Shown in pieces: positions 22,636 through 30,040 of a stretch of DNA of 30,040 bases. Both the position numbers and the translations under genes were made by a program. The notes below the pieces were generated by a model that saw only the letters and a list, made by a program, of their open reading frames with translations, did not search any database and was not told where the DNA came from. The stretch's first letter is position 1; every line of letters starts with the position of its first letter. Source of the stretch: a virus (taxonomy: Duplodnaviria; Caudoviricetes); IMG/VR virus record IMGVR_UViG_3300040971_000045, positions 1 to 30,040 of that record; one strand, written 5' to 3'.

Positions 22636-24450
22636 ATGGGAAAAGTTCTAGACGGATTTCGCAGTCTGTTTACAGGAGGCAACAGACACAAATCTATTGA
22701 ATCAGAGGTTCAAGAGGGTTCTTGGGATTTGCTTGATGAACTTAAATTGGAGATGGAGGATAAAGACCTTATCGCATTGAAAAATTCTTGGGTTGATAAA
22801 TGGGATAAGTACTATGGTGCAGTCAAAGGTAAGCAGGAAGAAAATGAAGCATATTGGCTAGGTAAGCAATTTAAGAGCGCGTCAGTCGAAGATAGGGCAA
22901 TAGTTGATAATGTCATCTTTGAAGCAGTAGAAACATTCCTACCAATCGCTACCAATCGCAATCCAGAGCCAAATGTACGAGGAGATAATACCAAGGAAGG
23001 TGATGAATTGGCTAAAAAGATACAATCAATGCTTGTTTATCAGGCTGATATACAGAGAATTAAGCTAAAACTCAAGAAAGTATGCCGTTTTTGGTCGTTG
23101 TATTTGCTAGGAGTAGTAAAAATAAGTTGGTCAGTCAATGAAAATGACATATCTACTAAGGCACTACGACCGCAAAGACTTATTCTTGATCCAGATGGAA
23201 CGATTACTGAAGATATGCAATATGACGGAGAATACATTGGAGAATACAAAAGCGAGATAGCGTCTAAGGTTATCAAGCGATTTCCTAAAATGGCTGATTA
23301 TATCAACAAAGTTGTTGGTAAAAAGCTAGGTTCAAAGGTTAATTACATTGAATGGTGGACAGAAGAGTATGTATTTTGGACTTTGTTTGATGAAGTTTTG
23401 GGAAAGATTAAAAATCCTCATTGGAATTACCCAGAAGAGCAAAAGATTATAGATGAATTCGGAGTAGAAACAGGGACTAAGATGGTACCCGGGAAAAATC
23501 ATTTCAACTATCCAAAGTTTCCGTATGTGTTCCTTTCAATATTTAATCTAGGCAAACATCCATTTGATGATACTTCATTGGTCGGTCAGAATTTGGCTAA
23601 TCAGGACATTATCAACAAACGACAGGCGCAAATTGACAAGAATGTTGACGGAATGAATGGTGGTTGGATTATATCTGGTGAATTATCAGGACTGACTCAA
23701 GAACAAGCTACATCAGCAATGGAGGCTTGCAGACAAGGTGGTTCATTGTGGATAGCTCAAGGTAATCCATCAACAGCCGTGCAAGAAACTAGAGCGTCAG
23801 GACTTCCTAGCGATGTGTTCAATCACTTAGTAGATACGCGCGAAGAACTACGAAACATCTTTGGTGTTAGAGGTTCTAGCCCACAAGGGACAATGAGTGA
23901 GCAAACTTTGGGTGGGAAACAAATCATCAAGGCACAAGACTCATCTCGCATCGGCGGTGGAATATCAGAATATCTTGAACAATTCTGCGACCAGGTGTTT
24001 AATTGGTGGGTTCAAATGATGTATGTCTATTACGATGAAGCTCATATGGCTTCAATAGTTGGCAAGGATAGAGCGATGGAGTTTGTTTCTATATCAAATG
24101 CAGACTTGAACAGTAAAGTTATTGTGAGCGTTAAGGAAGGTTCACTCTTGCCTAAAGATGAATTTAGTGAGGCGAATACTGCTTTAACTCTAGGACAACA
24201 AAACCTGCTCGATCCAATTAGTCTTTATGACAAGTTAGGATTTTCAGACCCGCAAGGTTCAGCAGAAAGGTTGTATGTTTGGCAAAATGCTCCGCAATTG
24301 CTGTTCCCTGAGGCGGCTCAAGCCAGTATGATGGCCAACGAAGCAAAGAAAGTGGAGGAATCGGCGACTGATATGACAATTCAGGAGGAAGCGTCTGTTG
24401 GTATGCAGTCAGTAGCACCAGAACCAGAGGTTAAACAAGCTAAAAAATAA
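22636..24450 (+). CDS. Portal protein
   Basis: 604 aa; order TerL-portal-scaffold-capsid; DNVIFEAVET, QDIINKR motifs. Confidence 0.8.
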   Translation: MGKVLDGFRSLFTGGNRHKSIESEVQEGSWDLLDELKLEMEDKDLIALKNSWVDKWDKYYGAVKGKQEENEAYWLGKQFKSASVEDRAIVDNVIFEAVETFLPIATNRNPEPNVRGDNTKEGDELAKKIQSMLVYQADIQRIKLKLKKVCRFWSLYLLGVVKISWSVNENDISTKALRPQRLILDPDGTITEDMQYDGEYIGEYKSEIASKVIKRFPKMADYINKVVGKKLGSKVNYIEWWTEEYVFWTLFDEVLGKIKNPHWNYPEEQKIIDEFGVETGTKMVPGKNHFNYPKFPYVFLSIFNLGKHPFDDTSLVGQNLANQDIINKRQAQIDKNVDGMNGGWIISGELSGLTQEQATSAMEACRQGGSLWIAQGNPSTAVQETRASGLPSDVFNHLVDTREELRNIFGVRGSSPQGTMSEQTLGGKQIIKAQDSSRIGGGISEYLEQFCDQVFNWWVQMMYVYYDEAHMASIVGKDRAMEFVSISNADLNSKVIVSVKEGSLLPKDEFSEANTALTLGQQNLLDPISLYDKLGFSDPQGSAERLYVWQNAPQLLFPEAAQASMMANEAKKVEESATDMTIQEEASVGMQSVAPEPEVKQAKK

Positions 24451-24451
24451 T

Positions 24452-24688
24452 ATGAAACGAACAAATCGCACAACATCAAGCACACCAGAAACAAGAAAAA
24501 AGGCAAATGAAAAAATAAAAGAAATGCACCCAACGATTAAAAAGATTATTCAACCAAAAATGAACGAAAGGCAAATGCAAATGCAAGCCTTGAAAAAGAA
24601 AGTCCCAGTATATAAATCTGGAATGAGTGGAGGAAAAACTGTTGACCTTATGAAAAGAAAGAGAGGTATCATAACTAGCATTGATTAG
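24452..24688 (+). CDS. Small basic protein
   Basis: Lys/Arg/Met-rich; 1 nt after the portal stop. Confidence 0.55.
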   Translation: MKRTNRTTSSTPETRKKANEKIKEMHPTIKKIIQPKMNERQMQMQALKKKVPVYKSGMSGGKTVDLMKRKRGIITSID

Positions 24689-24751
24689 GAGTTTAATAAT
24701 TTAATATAATGGGACGCTAAACTATCGTAGAAGACCGTCCCAGCTACAACA

Positions 24752-25510
24752 ATGACAATTAAAGACGAGTTGAATGCGTTGCCTTCCGATGGAATCAAGT
24801 TAGAGGACATTGGAAAGGAAACGGAAGAAGAAACTTCCGAGGAATCGCAACCTGAAATCAAATCAGAGGAAGAAAAGGAAACCGAAGATGAGAAAACTGC
24901 TCGAGAAGCTAAAGAGCAGGAAGAGAAAGATAATATCCCTTTTCATAAACATCCTCGTTTTAAGGCTCTTGTAGAGGAGAAAAACCAATACAAAGAAGAA
25001 CTTGATAAATTAAGGGAAGATGTAGAGTCTAAATTCAGTGAAATAAAGGAGTCACGCTCCGAGACTGTCAAAATTCCTAGCTGGTTTACGGAACTGTACG
25101 GAGACAACGAAGTAGCTTGGGGAAAGTACCAAGAACACGACAAAGAAACTCGCGCTGAAATAAAGCGTGAATTGCGAGAAGAATTTGAGAGCGAAGCAAA
25201 AGAGCAAGAAAACTCTTCTGCTAAATGGAATACTTGGATTGATGATCAAGTTGATGCGTTAAAGGACGAAGGTCTAAAGTTCGATAAAAATGAACTGATG
25301 AAAGTGATGATGGATTACAAACCATCAGATGATGCTGGAAACTTGGACTTCAAGAAAGGCTATGAAATTATGGAAGTTCTTAAAAAGAAAGACCCTGAAA
25401 AGTCTCAAGCTCGCAAAGAACTTGTCGATGACAGCGGAAAATCCAAAGCAGAACCGCAGGCTAAAGCATATTTCACCCCAGAAGATATGCGAGGAAAGGG
25501 TTGGGGATAA
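24752..25510 (+). CDS. Capsid scaffolding protein
   Basis: Acidic coiled coil with PFHKHPRF motif, directly before the capsid gene. Confidence 0.75.
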   Translation: MTIKDELNALPSDGIKLEDIGKETEEETSEESQPEIKSEEEKETEDEKTAREAKEQEEKDNIPFHKHPRFKALVEEKNQYKEELDKLREDVESKFSEIKESRSETVKIPSWFTELYGDNEVAWGKYQEHDKETRAEIKRELREEFESEAKEQENSSAKWNTWIDDQVDALKDEGLKFDKNELMKVMMDYKPSDDAGNLDFKKGYEIMEVLKKKDPEKSQARKELVDDSGKSKAEPQAKAYFTPEDMRGKGWG

Positions 25511-25530
25511 TTAACTAATAATTTAAAACG

Positions 25531-26562
25531 ATGGCTAATAACAATCGAGTGATTACAACCTCACAAGATGTACTCTTGCCGAAAGTTTTGGATACAATCC
25601 TAAGAGAAAATGTATTGTACCAACGCTTGATGGGAGCAGTAAAGACTTGGAAAGGCGAGACAATGAAGAAATCTATCAAGGTTTCTAAAAATACAACTGG
25701 TGGACACTTCAAAGGGTATGACCTTTTGGACACTTCCGCTACAGATAATAGAATTCAATTAAGTTTTACTCCTGAATTTTATTACAAAACTGTTTCTGTT
25801 CCAGTAACTGACCTTTCAATCAATGCCGCTAGCGAAGCTAAAATAATTGACTTGATGAGTGCAGAAATGGAATCAGCAGCACATGATATGGCTGATGACC
25901 TTGGAACAAAACTTTATGCAGATGACGGCACAACTGCACCAACAGGTTCTGGTTCATTATTTAATGGACTTGCTAACATTGTTGATGACGGAGGTGCAGC
26001 CGCTACTTATGGTGGACAAACTCGCGCAACTTACACGACTTTGAATGCAACTGATACAGCTTCTGGTGGAACTTTGACCCTAGCTAAAATGGCTACATTG
26101 TTCAACGCTATTGCTGACGGAGCGCAGGGTCCTTCAATTGGCGTAACTGACCGAACTGTTTGGTCTCTATACGAGCAATTGTTGCAACCACAAGAAAGAA
26201 TTAACAAGAATGTTCAGGCTTACAAGGACGGACTTAAGGGCGGAACAGGATTCACTGGTCTTTCTTACAAGAACTTTGACATTGTGGCTGACCGAAAGGC
26301 TACCTCTGGTGTTTTGTTCTTCCTAGACGAATCAGTTTTGGATTTCTATGCGTTGCCTGTTTATGGCGAAGAAGCTTTCAAGTTTAAATCTGTAACTGAA
26401 GGAAATGACTATGGTCAACTTCAAGGTATGGGCTTCACTTGGGATGGTTGGAAGAAACCAGTTAACCAGAAAGCTTATGTGACTCAAATCACAGTAGGTG
26501 GAAACTTTGTTTCTTGGGATCCAGGTAAACAAGGCAAATTAACAGGAATTACCGGAGTTTAA
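25531..26562 (+). CDS. Major capsid protein (HK97 fold)
   Basis: 343 aa; position; FNGLANIV...YGG pattern. Confidence 0.85.
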   Translation: MANNNRVITTSQDVLLPKVLDTILRENVLYQRLMGAVKTWKGETMKKSIKVSKNTTGGHFKGYDLLDTSATDNRIQLSFTPEFYYKTVSVPVTDLSINAASEAKIIDLMSAEMESAAHDMADDLGTKLYADDGTTAPTGSGSLFNGLANIVDDGGAAATYGGQTRATYTTLNATDTASGGTLTLAKMATLFNAIADGAQGPSIGVTDRTVWSLYEQLLQPQERINKNVQAYKDGLKGGTGFTGLSYKNFDIVADRKATSGVLFFLDESVLDFYALPVYGEEAFKFKSVTEGNDYGQLQGMGFTWDGWKKPVNQKAYVTQITVGGNFVSWDPGKQGKLTGITGV

Positions 26563-26625
26563 TCAAAATATTTACCTTTGACGGGGCGTTCGTATAACGG
26601 ATGACCCCAGAGGGTCTACAAAAAT

Positions 26626-27105
26626 ATGACAGTTTATTTAGAAGACCATATCCCAGTAGTAAAATACGAGGGATTGAATACAGCAAAGGATGTTAGTTTA
26701 GCTGGAACTAACACATTGTCTGGTGAGACTACTATCACAGGAGAAACAACAACCCCAAATCCAGTATTAAACCAGACCATCACTAATGTAGACGCGCAGA
26801 ATGCTACACCAACAATTGCACAAATCCTTGGTGGGGTAGTTATCCATACATCAGTTACTGGTGCTGGAACAGCTACAGTCCCAACAGGAACAGCTATGTC
26901 GGCTGGAATCGCAAATGTAGCGGTTGGATCTACTGTAAAATGGCTATACTACAATGATGGTAGCCAAACTGTAACTATCACTGCAGCTACAGACCATACA
27001 TTGGTTGGTGGAACTGCAGCAGTAACTACAGGAAAACACATGAGTATTACTAGCGTATGCTCCGCAGCCAATACTTGGGTATCATATCTAGAAACACTAA
27101 TGTAA
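26626..27105 (+). CDS. Virion accessory / decoration protein
   Basis: Thr/Ala/Gly/Val-rich, follows the capsid gene. Confidence 0.5.
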   Translation: MTVYLEDHIPVVKYEGLNTAKDVSLAGTNTLSGETTITGETTTPNPVLNQTITNVDAQNATPTIAQILGGVVIHTSVTGAGTATVPTGTAMSAGIANVAVGSTVKWLYYNDGSQTVTITAATDHTLVGGTAAVTTGKHMSITSVCSAANTWVSYLETLM

Positions 27106-27127
27106 TAATTAACTAAAAATTAAAACT

Positions 27128-27853
27128 ATGCCAAAAATGACATCCGCACCATCAACTTTTCCACAAGGTATCTTTGTGGAAAATTCGGTGCAACAAATGG
27201 ACTTAGGTGCAAGAGTTTCCACAGCTGACGGACGAGAATTCGTCTATGTAAAAGCAGGTGGTACTGCTCTTGTCGCTGGTAAGTTGCAACAGGCCCCGGC
27301 CGTGGTTGCAAATCACCAGAACATTGCTGTGGCTGCTGCTGCTGCAATTGGAGCAACGAGCGTGACTGTAACTCTTGGAGCTACTCTTGCTACTGCTAAT
27401 CAGTATGCAGGTGGAACTATGACTGTAAGCGATGCGACTGGAGAAGGTCACATCTATACAATCAAATCTCATCCTGCCGCTGACTCCGCTGCTTCTCTAG
27501 TTTTGACTCTTGATGATAACGATGCTATCAGAGTTGCGCTAGACACAACTTCGGAAGTATGTTTGCTTCCAAACTTGTACAACGGAGTAATCATCAATCC
27601 TACAACTTTCACTAACAAGCCAGTTGGTGTAGCTGTAAAAAACATCACTGCTGCTTACTTTGGATTTATCCAGACTAAGGGTATTGTGGCTGGATTGAAT
27701 GCTGACGCAGCGTTGACCGTAGGTTCCGCAATCTCTCCTTCAAACGCTACCGCTGGTGGTTTTGAAAATGGAGTTATCGCACAAGGATTTGTAGGTTCAG
27801 CTTTGCAAACTGGTGTTGATACTGAATATAGAAGTATCTACATAGACTGCTAA
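27128..27853 (+). CDS. Capsid cement/decoration-like protein
   Basis: LG...DGREFVYVKAG...YFGFIQTKG pattern; Ala/Thr-rich. Confidence 0.55.
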   Translation: MPKMTSAPSTFPQGIFVENSVQQMDLGARVSTADGREFVYVKAGGTALVAGKLQQAPAVVANHQNIAVAAAAAIGATSVTVTLGATLATANQYAGGTMTVSDATGEGHIYTIKSHPAADSAASLVLTLDDNDAIRVALDTTSEVCLLPNLYNGVIINPTTFTNKPVGVAVKNITAAYFGFIQTKGIVAGLNADAALTVGSAISPSNATAGGFENGVIAQGFVGSALQTGVDTEYRSIYIDC

Positions 27854-27949
27854 TTTTATGGCTTGTGGGGGTGTGCCTAACACCCCCTAAGACGATAATC
27901 AAGCGACTCGTCACCGCGTAATAAGGGTCAGAATTACCCTATTAAACAA

Positions 27950-28339
27950 ATGGAATTTAAAAAAGTAGCAAAAAGATTTACTAACTGGACAGATTTAGAC
28001 TTCTCACACAAGTGGGACAATGTAGAATATAATTTCAAAGCAGGACAATCAGAAATGTTGCAAGACTATCTTGCTCATCATTTTGCGAAACATCTTGCTC
28101 AAAGAGAAATTAACAGAAAAAACCTTTTAATGAGTGACCTCAGGTATCAGGAATATTATGATAAGTGCCTTTCAGATGAATCATCGGCAGAAAGCTCATT
28201 AAAACTTGAAATGGAAATAGAGAAATTAAATAAGGTTGCAGAAGTTACGGAAGTTCCAAAAGCATCGGATGTAGTCGAAGCACCAAAGAAGAAAATGGGA
28301 CGCCCAAAGAAGGAGGAAGACACATTCGCTGGTAAATAA
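27950..28339 (+). CDS. Hypothetical head-associated protein
   Basis: ORF track; C-terminal KKMGRPKK. Confidence 0.55.
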   Translation: MEFKKVAKRFTNWTDLDFSHKWDNVEYNFKAGQSEMLQDYLAHHFAKHLAQREINRKNLLMSDLRYQEYYDKCLSDESSAESSLKLEMEIEKLNKVAEVTEVPKASDVVEAPKKKMGRPKKEEDTFAGK

Positions 28340-28344
28340 ACATT

Positions 28345-28770
28345 ATGAAACTATTGGATTCAAAATCTGCGCAGAGAAAGAAACAATCCAATTCGGATGT
28401 TGATTTGTACAAGACTTTAAAAATTCGGGAGTCTTTGGAAAAAGAAGTTTTGAAATTGAGAGAGTTTGAGGATTCAATACCTTTAGCAAAGAAACAAGCA
28501 ATCAAAGAATTCTCGGCTTTTATGACAGAAATGCAAAAGAAGAAAGCCGAGATATTGCTAGAGATTAAAGAATTGGAAGAACAGCGCGAACGAATACTCG
28601 AACCACTAATTGAGGATAAGCTGGAAATAATGGAAGCACAGATAAACGCCAGAAGCCTAGAAATAAGCGATAAAGAACAGAAGCTTGAGAGAAATAGAAT
28701 AGACCTTGAAAAGAGAGAAAACGCCTTAGAAGTCAAAATTAAGGCTTTAAATAATTTTATAAAACAATAA
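28345..28770 (+). CDS. Coiled-coil protein
   Basis: Heptad-like E/K/L composition. Confidence 0.6.
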   Translation: MKLLDSKSAQRKKQSNSDVDLYKTLKIRESLEKEVLKLREFEDSIPLAKKQAIKEFSAFMTEMQKKKAEILLEIKELEEQRERILEPLIEDKLEIMEAQINARSLEISDKEQKLERNRIDLEKRENALEVKIKALNNFIKQ

Positions 28771-28771
28771 T

Positions 28772-29080
28772 ATGAATAAGCAAGAACACGGAGACGCTTT
28801 TTCCGCAACAGCAACCCACGCCACTGCGGCAGTAGCTTCAAACGCGGCGGTAACAGAAAAAACACATTATATTACTAATGTTTCTGTAAGCTCAGATAAG
28901 GCAGGGGCTATTTTGTTGATTAAGCAAGGAACAACAACAATCTGGCAACTCCAAGTAGGAGCGTCAAAAGAATCCATTGTTTTTCCAAGTCCATTAAAAG
29001 GCGCATTAAGTGCTTTAGTGAGTGCGGAAATTGACGGAACATCTGCTTGCAAAGCTAATATTGCTGGATTTACTTTGTAA
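28772..29080 (+). CDS. Small beta-rich virion protein
   Basis: Composition and position. Confidence 0.5.
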   Translation: MNKQEHGDAFSATATHATAAVASNAAVTEKTHYITNVSVSSDKAGAILLIKQGTTTIWQLQVGASKESIVFPSPLKGALSALVSAEIDGTSACKANIAGFTL

Positions 29081-29096
29081 TTTTTAAGTAAAAAGA

Positions 29097-29402
29097 ATGG
29101 CCAATATAATTTCACCAGCTAACTCAGCAAGCACCACCTCATCAGTCCTTATTACTAACGGCACGATATTCGAATCAAACCCATCACGAAGATATTGGTT
29201 TATTCAGAATGTTGGGACAGTGCCGATATTCATTAAATTCGGGACAGGAGCGTCATCGACTAGTTTTAACTCAATTATTCACGGTGGAACATCCGACAGC
29301 GATGGAACTGGCGGATCAGCGTCATCAGACAATCCAATCGCTTACACAGGAGATATTTCAGTTTATTCTACTAATCTTAAAATCGTAGCTTACGAATTAT
29401 GA
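29097..29402 (+). CDS. Small beta-rich virion protein
   Basis: NPSRRYWFIQNVG...IFIKFG pattern. Confidence 0.5.
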   Translation: MANIISPANSASTTSSVLITNGTIFESNPSRRYWFIQNVGTVPIFIKFGTGASSTSFNSIIHGGTSDSDGTGGSASSDNPIAYTGDISVYSTNLKIVAYEL

Positions 29403-29890
29403 TAACTAACAACGCCAAACAAATCACTCTACCAGAAGATTTGAAAAATGCGATTGAAAAAGTCCGCGTTCAATTGGCTATTCAGCAAAACGAATTATCA
29501 GTCATTCAGAAAGCTAGATTTTCCGAACAAGGGTCAGTGGAGAGCTTAATTAAGAATAGACAGTTTTTAACGGAAAAGATTGAAGAGTTGGGGACGGAAA
29601 TGACAGATAAGATGAATTCCCTTGATAATGTGAACGCAGTTTTAGAAAACAAACAAACAGAATTTACGGAGCTTATGGCTAGAGTGGATGAAGCAAAAGA
29701 AAAACTCAACGAAGCCGAAGTGAACAAAGTCAGGGTTGACGCCTTAGTACTAAAATCAGAACAGGACATCGAGAGAAGACTAGCGGAAATTTCCTTAAAG
29801 GAAGCCGAGATTAAAGAAAAAGAGACGGAGGCAGACAAAAGACTAGCAGAGTTTAAGAATTTTATGAAACAATATGACAGTTTGGAATAA
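29399..29890 (+). CDS. Coiled-coil protein
   Basis: Heptad-like composition. Confidence 0.6.
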   Translation: MITNNAKQITLPEDLKNAIEKVRVQLAIQQNELSVIQKARFSEQGSVESLIKNRQFLTEKIEELGTEMTDKMNSLDNVNAVLENKQTEFTELMARVDEAKEKLNEAEVNKVRVDALVLKSEQDIERRLAEISLKEAEIKEKETEADKRLAEFKNFMKQYDSLE

Positions 29891-30040
29891 TCCTAGTGGG
29901 ATAAATACTGGATGGGTAAAGCCTGCTGATTTGACAGTATCGATTGAAACCGCTGATTTATTACAAGAAAACGGCAGACAGATTTTACAAGAAAACGGCA
30001 GAACTATTTTAAGCACATTTTATTCAGGATTTAGAAAAAT
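29874..30040 (+). CDS. Virion protein, 3' truncated, with tandem LQENG motif
   Basis: MTVWNNP...LLQENGRQILQENGRTIL; 18-nt repeat at 29961 and 29985. Confidence 0.55.
   Translation, partial: MTVWNNPSGINTGWVKPADLTVSIETADLLQENGRQILQENGRTILSTFYSGFRK

Noticed and set aside
21117-29838. Minus-strand ORFs opposite groEL and head genes (e.g. 21489-21965, 28245-28865)
   Set aside because: Antisense shadows of well-supported genes with no motifs
1-30040. Stop-codon reassignment (code 15 or 25) as seen in some CPR and gut phages
   Set aside because: All long genes are intact in code 11; TAG and TGA end genes at sensible positions; only one isolated in-frame TAA was found

Overview
AT-rich segment of a tailed dsDNA phage (or prophage) genome that reads cleanly in the standard genetic code. 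Order: end of a tail-fibre/receptor-binding gene and small late genes (1-2165); an inserted cassette with its own promoter, four small Cys/His-rich genes, structured RNA, an atypical tRNA(CAT) and tiny membrane ORFs (2167-3861); an M15-type endolysin in frame with a holin-like tail (3927-4655); a leftward early operon of many micro-ORFs with an HNH endonuclease, an ERF recombinase and a membrane-anchored lytic transglycosylase (4806-11337); a divergent promoter switch (11125-11436); replication genes (O-like initiator with iterons, DnaB-like helicase, NinG); GroES, C5 methyltransferase, TerS, GpA-type TerL, an AlaRS-like mini-protein and GroEL; then portal, scaffold, major capsid and accessory virion genes. 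No integrase, CRISPR array or reverse transcriptase is visible. Most genes lack Shine-Dalgarno motifs, which fits (by inference only) a Patescibacteria/CPR- or Bacteroidota-type host. The most notable observations are the SD-led Zn-finger/HNH/tRNA cassette, the split GroES...GroEL pair interleaved with packaging genes, the AlaRS-like mini-protein, the endolysin-holin fusion and a recurring pseudoknot/attenuator RNA architecture at gene junctions. All calls are by-eye motif recognition; no database searches were run.
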